Assembly (NCBI GenBank): GCA_964390595.1
Contig: CAYMIA010000005.1
Span: 3,586-67,585, forward strand
Length of the DNA: 64,000 nucleotides
Direction of reading: 5' to 3'
Source: an uncultured Gammaproteobacteria bacterium
GTDB lineage: Bacteria; Patescibacteriota; Microgenomatia; Daviesbacterales; UBA10151
Both the position numbers and the translations under genes were made by a program. Below, piece after piece: positions 37,838 to 48,500 of the stretch. The notes beneath the pieces are model-generated. The model had not been told where the DNA came from. It worked only from the letters and a program-made list of their open reading frames with translations, and did no database searches. Position 1 is the first letter of the stretch; each line of letters starts with the position of its first letter.

Positions 37838-39275
37838 ATTTGGATTAGATTTTGGAACGACTAATAGTGCGATTGCCATTGAAGATTCTGGGAGTGGGAA
37901 AGTTTTGGGGATTGATGATTTATCAGTGGATCCAAGAGTGATTAGGTCGATGCTTTATTTTAATAGAAGGGAGATTGTTTATGCTCCCAAAATTGCTCTA
38001 TCCAAGATTAAAATGCAACTTTTTGAACCAGGGGATTTTCACTGGGAGGGAGAGTTCAAGCCTTTAATTGGGGAAGCAGCGATTGAGAGATATCTCTCAG
38101 AAAATAAAAATAGATCCCAGGGAATTAAGCGGACCATTTTTACGGGCCGGATTATCAGCACTGAAACTGGTGAAGAAGTTAAAGGTGGGGCTGGGGCGGT
38201 TAGAGAATATTATGAGGAGATTGATTATGGAACAGGGAGACTTTTGCAGGCTCTAAAGACAGCCCTGAAGTCACCCTATTATAAAGGGACAACTATTTTT
38301 GGTCAGTATTTTTCATTGGAGGAGCTAATTTCAATCTTTCTAGGTCAAATAAAAAAGAAAGCTGAACAGCTTTTGGGAGAAAAGATAGATGAGGTGGTTT
38401 GTGGAAGACCCGTTCATTTTAGGGATGAAGAAGAAAAAGATCAGGCTGCTCAAGGCAGACTTGAGGAGGCACTAAAAAAAGCTGGCTTTAAAAAAATTAC
38501 TTTTGAATTCGAACCAGTAGCAGCAGCGAGGCAGTTTTTATCTCTAGCCACGAAAGGCCTGGCCTTGCGTGCCCAAACAGTGTTTGTGTTTGATTTTGGT
38601 GGAGGGACGCTGGATACAGCGATTGTTAAAGTTAGTCCTTCGACTGGCGCTCAGGATAAAAATGTTTTAGCAGCTGATGGAGTGTATATTGGAGGAGATT
38701 TGTTGAATGCGGATATTTTGAAAGCGAAGCTGTGGAAGTATTTTGGGGCGGAGGCTTATTATGGTGATCAAACGCAATTGATGCCCAGACATATTTATGA
38801 GGCTTTAAATTCTTGGTACTCAATTCCCAACTTAAACAATCCAGTAATGATGCAAATGCTAGAAAGTTTAGCTTATAAAAACACTGATCCAGAAGCTTTA
38901 AAGAGATTAATCTATTTGATTAAATCTAATTTAGGATTTGATTTATATGAGGCGATTGAAAAAGCTAAAAAGGAGTTATCTTCAAAGACAGAATCTGTGA
39001 TTGAATTTTCAAGTGGAATAATTGAGATTCAAGAAAAAATTACTAAGGAGGAGTTTGAAGAGATAATTGAACCGAGAGTGGTGGAGATTAGCCAGACAAT
39101 TTACCGGACTCTTAAAACCGCTGGAGTAGAACCAGAGGAGATTGATGTGGTGGTTAGAACTGGGGGATCAAGTTTGATACCTGTTTTTGAGACTTTGCTC
39201 ATTGAGATTTTTGGTCAGGAAAAGATTCAACAATTTGAAACTTTCACCTCAATTGCAGCGGGCTTAGCTCTATAG
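37830..39275 (+). CDS. Hsp70-family ATPase (YegD-like, no substrate-binding domain)
   Basis: GLDFGTTNS, EPVAAA, DFGGGTLD, EKAK..LS, TGGSS.IP. Confidence 0.9.
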   Translation: MHKFGLDFGTTNSAIAIEDSGSGKVLGIDDLSVDPRVIRSMLYFNRREIVYAPKIALSKIKMQLFEPGDFHWEGEFKPLIGEAAIERYLSENKNRSQGIKRTIFTGRIISTETGEEVKGGAGAVREYYEEIDYGTGRLLQALKTALKSPYYKGTTIFGQYFSLEELISIFLGQIKKKAEQLLGEKIDEVVCGRPVHFRDEEEKDQAAQGRLEEALKKAGFKKITFEFEPVAAARQFLSLATKGLALRAQTVFVFDFGGGTLDTAIVKVSPSTGAQDKNVLAADGVYIGGDLLNADILKAKLWKYFGAEAYYGDQTQLMPRHIYEALNSWYSIPNLNNPVMMQMLESLAYKNTDPEALKRLIYLIKSNLGFDLYEAIEKAKKELSSKTESVIEFSSGIIEIQEKITKEEFEEIIEPRVVEISQTIYRTLKTAGVEPEEIDVVVRTGGSSLIPVFETLLIEIFGQEKIQQFETFTSIAAGLAL

Positions 39276-39315
39276 TTGAATTGCTTTGGGGTTTAACATA
39301 TAATCTCGACTTACT

Positions 39316-40014
39316 ATGGTTGAAGTAGGAGATATTTGGGTACCAGAAGGTTGTTCAGAAGAGGTTTACCCAAGAGCTAAACAGTTATTAAATAGGGTGT
39401 TGTCTAAAGGACCAATTAAGAGGTATCAAATAAGAGCCCAAACGCCCCATGATAATGCGGTTAGTTTAAATTGGGCTTTTTTGCAGGAGAGGATTGGCCG
39501 GGGGTTGCTAGAAACTGTGGGACTTTGGGCTGTAAATGGTCAATACTCTGAGTCAGTTGGTTTGGGGTTAGATGAGGTTGATACTCAGTTGGGTTTGTCT
39601 AGGAGAGGAGGATTGAATGTGGCGTTGGAGTTGTTTAAAAAAGGAGATTTGGTTTTGCAATCTAACCGGAGATTTTTTGATAGGATGGATATGGCTGGTC
39701 AGTTATTTATTGGAAACCAGTTTATCTATAAAGGTGAAGATCATTATTTAAGATCAGTTAGAAGGATTAAGATAGGTTTTGCTGGAATTATTTTTGACAA
39801 TAACAGCCCATGGTTCGAGCTTCCTCCCACACCAAAATCTTTTGAAGATTTACCTCCAGTAGTAGTTAAGGGGGCGGTAAATAGTATGATCGAGGCCTAT
39901 AAAGCTTTTATTGAAGCTAGAGAGATGGATATGCAAGTTTTAACTCAAGAGCAAGTTGATACAGCCATGAAGTGGTCATATGGATGTGATTGGTTGTTAA
40001 AACAGAATAAATAA
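39316..40014 (+). CDS. Hypothetical protein
   Basis: 232-aa ORF, TATAAT upstream. Confidence 0.65.
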   Translation: MVEVGDIWVPEGCSEEVYPRAKQLLNRVLSKGPIKRYQIRAQTPHDNAVSLNWAFLQERIGRGLLETVGLWAVNGQYSESVGLGLDEVDTQLGLSRRGGLNVALELFKKGDLVLQSNRRFFDRMDMAGQLFIGNQFIYKGEDHYLRSVRRIKIGFAGIIFDNNSPWFELPPTPKSFEDLPPVVVKGAVNSMIEAYKAFIEAREMDMQVLTQEQVDTAMKWSYGCDWLLKQNK

Positions 40015-40016
40015 TT

Positions 40017-40196
40017 ATGGAAAGAGACAGACCTAGAAAACCAGCCGAAGTGGTGATAGATAAGTTGAAAAGAAGTGGAGTGATTAGAACTGAAGATGAT
40101 CTAACTCCTGAGATGTTGCAGTTAATTAAAGAGTTGAATGAAGCGATTGAGTTGATTAAGCAATCATATGTTGAGCCAGAAGAAGAAGCAAGGTAA
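40017..40196 (+). CDS. 59-aa hypothetical protein (not in ORF track)
   Basis: MERDRPRKP...EEEAR exactly fills the gap between co-oriented genes. Confidence 0.55.
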   Translation: MERDRPRKPAEVVIDKLKRSGVIRTEDDLTPEMLQLIKELNEAIELIKQSYVEPEEEAR

Positions 40197-40199
40197 GAG

Positions 40200-40913
40200 A
40201 TGTTTCTAAGAGAAGCAGTTGAATTAGCCCGGTTGACCGGTATTCCCAGAGTAAGTGCAGGTGAGGTTTTGCCGCTCCATTTAATTTTGCGGGCTGAACC
40301 TTTAATTGCCCAGAGAAAAAATATGGCTGATGTTTTTTCTTATGTCCGCTCAAATCCGGGGGATGTAGTTAATCTATATGATGATTTAGATCAGGCGGTT
40401 GATCTGATTAATGTTTATTCAAATGGTCCTGAACCCGATCTGATATGTAAGGAGATGTGGGCAATTAGGAATTTAGGATTGCAACTACCCTACCCTTTTT
40501 TATATGCCAATGAGATAGAGCTTGAAGATAGACCTAAATATGACTTGGCTTTTGCAAAGGCATTAGTTTTAGGAAACCAATATATGAAAGTTAGAGAAGA
40601 GGTGGAAGATTCAAACCAACTTTCTGCTGAGATTAGAGAAAATGATCAGTGGTTAGAGTTTCATCTAAGAGCTAAAACTCTAAGGTCAAGGCTCGCTGCT
40701 ATGATGGTTCATGGATATGATATTTTTTTGAATCAATATACAGAAGGGGCGATAAAACTGGAACAGGGAGTTAATGCAATCTGTGAGGCGATGGCAGTTT
40801 ATAACCCAACTTCAAAGTTATATGAAATTTTAAAAGATCCGAATGATTTAGACTGGTATGCACCTGGGTATGGAATGTCAGATGAATTGTTAAAATTGAT
40901 AGGGAGGATTTAG
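40200..40913 (+). CDS. Hypothetical helical protein
   Basis: 237-aa ORF. Confidence 0.65.
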   Translation: MFLREAVELARLTGIPRVSAGEVLPLHLILRAEPLIAQRKNMADVFSYVRSNPGDVVNLYDDLDQAVDLINVYSNGPEPDLICKEMWAIRNLGLQLPYPFLYANEIELEDRPKYDLAFAKALVLGNQYMKVREEVEDSNQLSAEIRENDQWLEFHLRAKTLRSRLAAMMVHGYDIFLNQYTEGAIKLEQGVNAICEAMAVYNPTSKLYEILKDPNDLDWYAPGYGMSDELLKLIGRI

Positions 40914-40914
40914 G

Positions 40915-41301
40915 TTGAACGAGACAAAAGAGCAGCGTTCGAAACGAATCTTAAATAAGTTAAAAGAGAAATATCCTGGAAAAGCTTGTTTTGATTTGGA
41001 TGGATCAGGTAATCATTTTGTTTGTGAGGTGGAACCGACTCAAGACCATCCAGAATATGATAAAGCAGTTGAGGTGATAATTGCTAGTAAACCACACAAG
41101 CATGAGAAGATGACCCAGTACTATACGATTCTTTCTGGGCAGTTAGAACTTTATGTTGGAGATAGGGTTGTTATTCTGAATCAGGGAGAAAAATACTCAA
41201 TAGAGCCTCCTAATATTCATTGGGCTAAAAGTGATAATGAGTGTTGGGTGGAGATACTTTCCAAACCAGGTTGGGTGAAAGAAGATCACATTCCGGTTTA
41301 G
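40915..41301 (+). CDS. Cupin domain protein
   Basis: PHKH..MTQYY...G, IEPPNIHW. Confidence 0.8.
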   Translation: MNETKEQRSKRILNKLKEKYPGKACFDLDGSGNHFVCEVEPTQDHPEYDKAVEVIIASKPHKHEKMTQYYTILSGQLELYVGDRVVILNQGEKYSIEPPNIHWAKSDNECWVEILSKPGWVKEDHIPV

Positions 41302-41870
41302 TTTTTCTTTGCCTTTTCTTTTATGGTTTCTGCTATATCTGGAAGGGAGGTGATGCTTTGGGTGTCGTCGGCGGGGCCGGAAAAATGATCCATGTTGTGT
41401 TTGATAATAATTTTAGCGTTTAATTTTTCTTTAAAAATGTCAGCAAACTTAAGGGGAACATAGGGGTCATTATCTGAATGAATGGCTACAAAATAATCTG
41501 ATTTAGTTTTAATTCTTTCAAAATCGATTGGGGTTTGAAAAAAGTTGCTTAATTCCTTATAACCTAAATCATCTGTGAAACCAGCGACTAGCACTACCCC
41601 ACCGACTTTTTGGCCATTATTTAATTGTTCAAGATATCTTAGGATGGTGATACATCCAGAGCTATGGCCAATTAAAATTAAATCTTCATCTGGTTCACCC
41701 ACCGCCTCTTTTAATTTTGGTAACCAGAGATTGAGTTTGGGTAGATTAGTTTCTGGCATAGTCGGAACTTGCACTTCAAAACCTTTTTCTTCCAATTCTT
41801 TTTTAGTTTGGGGATACCAGCAATATTCAGGATAACCATCCCAACAATGAACAATAATTGCTCTTTTCAT
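41298..41870 (-). CDS. RBBP9/YdeN-family alpha/beta hydrolase
   Basis: GHSSG nucleophile elbow, SDNDPYV, DHF. Confidence 0.88.
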   Translation of the reverse strand: MKRAIIVHCWDGYPEYCWYPQTKKELEEKGFEVQVPTMPETNLPKLNLWLPKLKEAVGEPDEDLILIGHSSGCITILRYLEQLNNGQKVGGVVLVAGFTDDLGYKELSNFFQTPIDFERIKTKSDYFVAIHSDNDPYVPLKFADIFKEKLNAKIIIKHNMDHFSGPADDTQSITSLPDIAETIKEKAKKN

Positions 41871-41888
41871 TTCTAAACTATAGCAGGT

Positions 41889-42233
41889 TTAGTTTCTCAG
41901 GACGAGACTGGCTTCGGGGAAGGCTTCAAAATCATAAGACATATTTTTAATTCTTTGGAGGGTATAGTTGCCAGCATCTGACTGATAAGCTTCAGCGATT
42001 AAATTATTAAAGACCCTCCTCATGGTTTGGCGGTGTGACTTTAGGTCAAGATAGGGGTGGGTAGCGAGGACCCGGAATTCTAAAATAGTCCGCCAATACC
42101 TAATCATTGAGATCTCAGGGTTAATTGGAGCATGAAGGGTGGCTTCAACCTCTGGATAATAGACTTGGGTGAAATCAAGGTCTCTTTCGTCAACGGCTAT
42201 TTCAATGGAATTTTCTAGTAGTTTGCCAAACAT
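41889..42233 (-). CDS. Hypothetical protein
   Basis: TATAAT 8 nt upstream of ATG. Confidence 0.55.
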   Translation of the reverse strand: MFGKLLENSIEIAVDERDLDFTQVYYPEVEATLHAPINPEISMIRYWRTILEFRVLATHPYLDLKSHRQTMRRVFNNLIAEAYQSDAGNYTLQRIKNMSYDFEAFPEASLVLRN

Positions 42234-42295
42234 GAGCTGATATTATACAAATTTGGATTTGACAAGGCAAGCATAAAAGATTTAATCTGAAAAAC

Positions 42296-43201
42296 ATGCC
42301 CTATGGTGATGGTATTGAACGGATTGACTGTTTTTCTCTGACTGACTTTTATGATTTCGAGAGGTGTCCGTTTAGATTTTTTGTTAAGCATCATCTGGGG
42401 AAAAAATATGACATTGAAGCCGCATCTGAGGCGATGGCATTAGGAATCTTGTTAGATTTAGCGATCAAGAAATTTCACTCCTCTAAGGCTTATGGTCAAC
42501 CCGCTGCTTATTTAAGAAATTTAGTGATGGCGGCTTTTAATGAGGTTTGTGATAAGGTGGCAAAAAACTCTGGGGCCTCATTTTATTCAGCAATTATGCC
42601 CTTTTTAACTGATGAGCTATTGCATAAAGCTACAGAAATTTTCATTACTTATTACAGCGCGCTGGATTTTAAAATTAAACAAAGCTTTGCTGAAGTGGGA
42701 TTTTGTGAATGGATTATTCAAACTGAGGGTAGGGTTTTCAAGCTTTGGGGAGGACCAGATTGCTTTGAAATGGGGGAGGATGGAATACCTGAGATTGTGG
42801 ATTATAAGTCTAGGGAAGATGTGGAAAAGGGTAAAGATAATATGGATATGGACTTGATGCCTAAGTTATACACTTTGCTTTGTTGTAAAAAACTGCAACA
42901 GTTGGGTTACGCCAAGGCCAGATTTGTAGTTAGATTTTGGCAAGATCCACTGGAGGATAGTTTTTATGAGGAGTTTGAACTCTCTGATGTGAAGTCCTTG
43001 GAGCTAATTTTTAAGCAAAAAATAGATCAAATTGTCAATACAATTGAAGTTAAATTTTGTGAGAGCCCTTACTGCAGTGGCTGTAAACATGCAGACAAGA
43101 ATAAGTTTTTACATGAGTTGGAGAAACAGGGAATAAAGTATTTGTCTCCCACCGTTGTTCATGAAGGTGATGTGAGTTTAGGGTCTGCTTTGTCATCCTG
43201 A
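42296..43201 (+). CDS. PD-(D/E)XK nuclease, RecB/AddB/Cas4-like
   Basis: RCP, GGPD, IVDYK, C-terminal CxxxxCxxC. Confidence 0.8.
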   Translation: MPYGDGIERIDCFSLTDFYDFERCPFRFFVKHHLGKKYDIEAASEAMALGILLDLAIKKFHSSKAYGQPAAYLRNLVMAAFNEVCDKVAKNSGASFYSAIMPFLTDELLHKATEIFITYYSALDFKIKQSFAEVGFCEWIIQTEGRVFKLWGGPDCFEMGEDGIPEIVDYKSREDVEKGKDNMDMDLMPKLYTLLCCKKLQQLGYAKARFVVRFWQDPLEDSFYEEFELSDVKSLELIFKQKIDQIVNTIEVKFCESPYCSGCKHADKNKFLHELEKQGIKYLSPTVVHEGDVSLGSALSS

Positions 43202-43235
43202 ATTGTAATGAAAATCCAATCCGAATCGAGAAGTT

Positions 43236-43697
43236 CTAGTTTGTGTAGTAGCTCTTTACTTGGAAGAGGATGTAGAGGGTGAGGAGGGAGCCGATGATGA
43301 GGCCAACGATGTTGAAGGAGAGAACGTTTTGGACTACACCGACCAGAGTGGCGTAATACATGAGCCGCCAAGATCTTCTTTGTTGTTTAAAGAGGCCTGG
43401 AAGAGCCATAATTTCTATTACCAAGACTACAATTGTTAAGGCTAGGTGCACAATGTAAAGAAAGCCAGCACTTAAACCGCCGAGGAAGCTGAATGGAGCA
43501 AGTAGTGCGCCGAGTCCTAAGAGAGCTAACAATACTGGGGCCGCTAAAATAATTAAAATTAAAGTAATCCAAGGACCAAATTTAACGATCGCATCTTTAG
43601 CGCCAGCAGGAAGAGCTGGGGCTTTTTTGATTAGATATAAATCTAGTTTGTCTTCGAGTTGACCTAACATGCTGTTAAAGCTATTACTTGTTGCCAT
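43236..43697 (-). CDS. Conserved membrane protein
   Basis: KAPALP...PW, ALPGLF, YILFQVK; ATG 43697. Confidence 0.75.
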   Translation of the reverse strand: MATSNSFNSMLGQLEDKLDLYLIKKAPALPAGAKDAIVKFGPWITLILIILAAPVLLALLGLGALLAPFSFLGGLSAGFLYIVHLALTIVVLVIEIMALPGLFKQQRRSWRLMYYATLVGVVQNVLSFNIVGLIIGSLLTLYILFQVKSYYTN

Positions 43698-43795
43698 ATG
43701 TAGCTTAAGCGTAATATAGCTTGTTTGGCTTGTCAAGAAGGGATTTTTGAAAATGAGTTGATATTTGAGGGAAAGGAACCTTACAATACGTTGTT

Positions 43796-45079
43796 GTGGA
43801 TAACTTTAAAATTGTGGCCAAAGAGGGGAAGGCGAGAGCGGGAGTGCTGAAAACTGCGCATGGAGAGGTGGAGACACCAGTATTTATGCCAGTGGGGACG
43901 CAGGCTTCTGTTAAAGCCCTCTCCCCCGAAGATTTAAAGGAGGCTGGGGCCCAAATTATTTTGGGGAATACCTATCACTTATTTTTGAGACCTGGGTCAA
44001 AGGTAATTAGAAAGATGGGGGGGTTGCATAAATTTATGAATTGGTCCTCCCCTATTTTAACTGATTCTGGAGGTTTTCAAGCTTTTTCCTTAGGGAAGAT
44101 GATCTCTGATGGAATTAAGAAAGTGCCGTCACCCACTTCGCACCCTTATGGTAAGAAGAGAGTTGATTTGTCGGATAGTAGAGGGGTGTTGTCGAGGATG
44201 ACTGAGGAAGGGGTGGAGTTTAAGAGTCATTTGGATGGATCGACGCATCTGTTAACTCCTGAGGTTTCAATGGAGGTCCAATTGGACTTAGGGTCAGATG
44301 TGGCTTTAGTTTTAGATGAACTCCTCTCCCCTATTGCCACTCCAGAATATGTTAAAGAGTCTTTGGAGAGAACTCACAGATGGGAGATCCGTTCTAAGGA
44401 ATATTTTGAGAAAAATTTGAGAAGTTCAACCAACCCAGGTGCTCAACTGTTTGGGATTTTACAAGGTGTTTACGATCAAGAGATTAGAGAAAATGAAGCC
44501 CGCTGGATAGCTTCTCAAGATTTTGCGGGGGTTTCTATTGGTGGGAGTTTTGGGGTATCTGAAAATTGGCCCGCTTCGACGAGCGAGCGAGGCGAGGGTG
44601 GTGAGGAAACTAATTGGACTGCCATTAAATCTATTACTGATACCCTGGACTGGGTGATGCCCCATTTGAGTGAGGAGTGGCCAAAGCATATTTTAGGGAT
44701 TGGAGAGGTGGAAGATTTTTTTGAGTCAGTAGAACGGGGGGCAGATATGTTTGATTGCGTGGCTCCAACTAGAAGAGCCAGAAATGGTTCATTATATATA
44801 GGTAGGGAAAGTGGGGGGAGTAAGAAAGGTAAGTTTGTACTAAATATCACACGGGCAGAATTTAGCTCTGACCCCTCCCCTATTGATCCAAAATGCAATT
44901 GCTATACTTGTCAGAATTTTTCCAGAGCTTACTTAAGGCATCTGTATATGTCTGGCGAACTCCTTTACTTTAGACTGGCAACTATTCATAATGTTTATTT
45001 TATGTGTCATTTAATGGAACAAATTAGAGATTCAATAAAAAATGGACAGTTTAAAAAATTAAAGGCTAAATGGTTATGA
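43796..45079 (+). CDS. tgt: tRNA-guanine transglycosylase
   Basis: TPVFMPVGT, NTYHL, TDSGGFQ, DMFDCV, CxCxxC...H. Confidence 0.95.
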   Translation: MDNFKIVAKEGKARAGVLKTAHGEVETPVFMPVGTQASVKALSPEDLKEAGAQIILGNTYHLFLRPGSKVIRKMGGLHKFMNWSSPILTDSGGFQAFSLGKMISDGIKKVPSPTSHPYGKKRVDLSDSRGVLSRMTEEGVEFKSHLDGSTHLLTPEVSMEVQLDLGSDVALVLDELLSPIATPEYVKESLERTHRWEIRSKEYFEKNLRSSTNPGAQLFGILQGVYDQEIRENEARWIASQDFAGVSIGGSFGVSENWPASTSERGEGGEETNWTAIKSITDTLDWVMPHLSEEWPKHILGIGEVEDFFESVERGADMFDCVAPTRRARNGSLYIGRESGGSKKGKFVLNITRAEFSSDPSPIDPKCNCYTCQNFSRAYLRHLYMSGELLYFRLATIHNVYFMCHLMEQIRDSIKNGQFKKLKAKWL

Positions 45080-45375
45080 TTGAGGTAGATTTTAAGCAAG
45101 TTTGTCCAGCGCTCAGAAGAATGAAGAACGAGGATCTGGTTGGTCAGAGGTCACATTATTTAATTAGAATTGATCCAACTAATGAGAGGAGTTCAAGTAA
45201 CTTATGTTTAATGGGGGCTTTTGCAGATAGGATGACTCCACAGGGTGATTTTTATCCAAGTGCCCAAGTGGTCTCCGCTAGAACTAGTGGTTTGGAAAGA
45301 AAGTATGTAGTGCAGGTTGGCTGTAGAGGTTGTTCATTGGTACCTAGAGGGTTTTCATTGGAAATAGAGAAGTGA
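45076..45375 (+). CDS. Small hypothetical protein with four Cys
   Basis: ATGA overlap with tgt stop; C...C...CRGC. Confidence 0.55.
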   Translation: MIEVDFKQVCPALRRMKNEDLVGQRSHYLIRIDPTNERSSSNLCLMGAFADRMTPQGDFYPSAQVVSARTSGLERKYVVQVGCRGCSLVPRGFSLEIEK

Positions 45376-45383
45376 GATGGATC

Positions 45384-45465
45384 TTGACTTTGGTAGTTTA
45401 GTTTGGTAATATTCTTTCAATTGAATACATTTAATGGTAGACGTACTTCGTATGTGCGTTTTTTT
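45384..45465 (+). promoter_or_regulatory. rpoB promoter and leader hairpin with U-tract
   Basis: TTGACT-17-TAATAT; AGACGTAC-loop-GTGCGTTT TTTT. Confidence 0.55.
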
Positions 45466-45508
45466 GTGAATGTAGCCAGTTGATCTGCCTTTAAAGAGCC
45501 ATCTACTT

Positions 45509-48500
45509 ATGTCTGGTGCAGTAGGAGCAACTAATATTTTTAACAACCGTGTTTATTGGGGAAATAATAAATCCTTGCCGCGCGATCTGGATTTAATTGA
45601 ACTTCAAAAACAATCATACAATGCTTTTTTAACCGAGGGTATTGGTGAGGCGATTAAAGAGATCACCCCGGTACTCGACTTTACTGGTAAGAACTGGCAA
45701 TTAGAATTTGGTGAATATTCATTTGGCAATTCCCGGTTAACCCCTGAACAATGTCAATTAAAAGGTGTGTCATATGATGCGCCACTTCGGGTTAAAGTGA
45801 CTTTAACTAATCTACAAACGAGCGAACAGTATTCTCAAGAAGCATTTTTGGGAGATATTCCCATGATGACTGAGAAAGGTACCTTTATTGTAAACGGTAT
45901 CGAGCGGGTTATAATCAACCAAATCGTACGCGCCCCAGGCGCGTTTTTTTCGGCTTCAGATGATCCAATTACTGGGCGGAGACTGTATGGTGGAGAGCTG
46001 CGGCCAGCTCATGGATCTTGGCTGGAGTTTTCAATCTCCCGGTCCGATGTCTTAATGGTTAAGATCGACCGCAAACGGAAGTTTGCTGCGACAACTTTGC
46101 TTAGAGCGATTGGTATGAATGAAGAGGAGATTAAACAGGTGTTTGCTGATGTGGATAACAATCCTGATCATTCATATGTTGATTCAACTTTGGCTAAAGA
46201 TCTAACTAAAGAGACCAATGAAGCACTGCTGGAGATCTTTAGAAAGATGCGGCCAGGAGATCCAGTGGTTTTAGATACAGCTAAATCTTTGTTGGAGAAT
46301 ATGTTTTTTAACTCACGCCGGTATAATCTGACCCGGGTTGGCCGGTTTAAAATTAACAAAAAACTCAACCTAGATATTCCAAACACACCAGAAAATTGGG
46401 TGTTAACTAAGCAAGATATTATTGCGACACTACGCTATTTAATTAACTTGGCTAATGGAGCGGGCGGTAAGATTGATGAAATCGATCACTTGGCTAACAG
46501 ACGGGTCCGTTCAGTTGGGGAATTAGTTTCTCAAAATGCTTTCCGGATTGGATTGCTGCGGTTAGAAAGGGTCATTAAGGAGAGGATGAGCTTACTGTCG
46601 CTCGATCAGGAGATTACAGCGGCTGGGTTAGTTAATGCCCGTCCAGTGATTGCGGCGATTAATGAGTTTTTCAGGTCCTCACAGTTGTCCCAGATTCTAG
46701 ATCAGATCAATCCTTTGGCTGAAGTTGATCATTTAAGACGATTGTCAGTAATGGGAACTGGCGGGATAGCCCGGGATAGAGCAAGTTTTTCAATCCGGGA
46801 TATTCATCACAGCCAGTACGGCCGGATTGATCCAGTCCGTTCACCTGAAGGTCAAAACATTGGTCTGGTAACTTATTTAGCGCTTTTTGCCCGGGTGAAT
46901 GAGTATGGATTTTTGGAGACACCTTACCGGAAGATCGTGCATGACGGAAATAAGCCAAGAGTCACAGATGACATTATTTATTTATCAGCTGATGATGAGG
47001 AGAATATGCACATCACTGAGGCGACTATTGCGATAGATGAAAAAGGTTATATCACTCAAGCGAGAGTGCCAGTCCGTTTTGGAGGTTCGTTCTTTGAGAC
47101 TGAGGCTAAAGAGGTTGATTTGATTGATGTGACGCCCCAACAGATTGTGGGGACTTCGGCTTCTTTGATTCCATTTTTGGCTCATGATGATGCTAACCGG
47201 GCTTTGATGGGTTCACACATGCAATGCCAAGCAGTTCCCTTACTGCTGCCAACTTCCCCACTAGTGGGAACAGGTATGGAAGAGTTGGTGGCCAATAATA
47301 TCGCCCGGATAGTGCGGGCGCCATTTGATGGGACTATCGGTTATGTTGATGGTGACAAAGTAATTTTGGAAGGTAAAGAAGGCAAGCAGGAATTTAAGGT
47401 GACTAAATTTGCTAACTCGCCAATGTCAACTTGCTACTCACAGAAACCAATGGTTGCTAAAGGCCAAAAAATTAAAACTGGGGACTTACTGATTGAGGGA
47501 ACTTCCACTCAAAATGGGGAGTTGGCTTTGGGCCAAAATTTAGTGATCGCTTATATGACTTTTGAAGGACTGGGATATGAGGACGCGATCGTGATTTCTG
47601 ACCGGTTGGTCCATGCTGACCTGCTTTCATCAATTCATATTGAAGAGTATTCCACTGATGTAGTAGAGACCAAACTTGGTCCAGATGAGGTCACTCCGGA
47701 TATTCCAAATGTGGCTGAGGATGCGTTGCGCCACTTGGATGACCGGGGAATTATTCGGATTGGGGCGGAAGTTGGACCAGGAGATATCTTAGTTGGTAAG
47801 GTTCAGCCTAAGGGTGAGACAGAGCTAACAGCTGAAGAGAGACTACTCCGGGCGATCTTTGGTGAAAAAGCAAAAGAGGTCCGGGATACTTCGCTGCGGA
47901 TGCCACATGGTGAGCGGGGAACGGTTATTGGAGTGCAAATTTTATCCCGGGCTGAGGGTGATGATTTGGATGCTGGAACTTTGATGAGAATTAAAGTTAA
48001 GGTAGCCCAGCTGCGAAAGATCACTGCTGGAGATAAATTGGCTGGCCGGCACGGTAACAAAGGGGTAATTTCTAAGATTGTATCGGAGTTTGATATGCCT
48101 CATTTGGAAGATGGAACTCCGGTAGATATTATTATTTCTCCGGTGACGATCTTGTCGCGTATGAATTTAGGGCAGTTGCTTGAGGCTCATTTGGGATTAG
48201 CGGCTGAGAAGTTGGGTTATAAAGTGGCGGCGCCTGTTTTTGAGAAGATCCCGGAATCGATTTTGACAGATCAGTTAGCTGCAGCTGGTTTGCCTTTGAG
48301 TGGGAAATCGAAGCTAATTGATGGCCGGACTGGCGAGTATTTTGATCAGGAGGTAGTGGTGGGCCGGGCTTATTTCTTGAAATTGATTCACATGGTTGAA
48401 GATAAAACTCATGCTAGGTCGACTGGTCCTTACTCACTGGTGACTCAACAGCCTCTGGGTGGAAAAGCTCAGATGGGTGGTCAGAGATTGGGAGAGATGG

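Noticed and set aside
44095-44200. First Tgt insertion (KKVPSPTSHPYG...)
   Set aside because: No palindrome or repeat in the DNA; a variable-length loop at this position is not unusual
46670-46870. Rifampicin-resistance changes in RpoB
   Set aside because: Q513, D516, H526 and S531 equivalents are retained; other differences look like lineage drift
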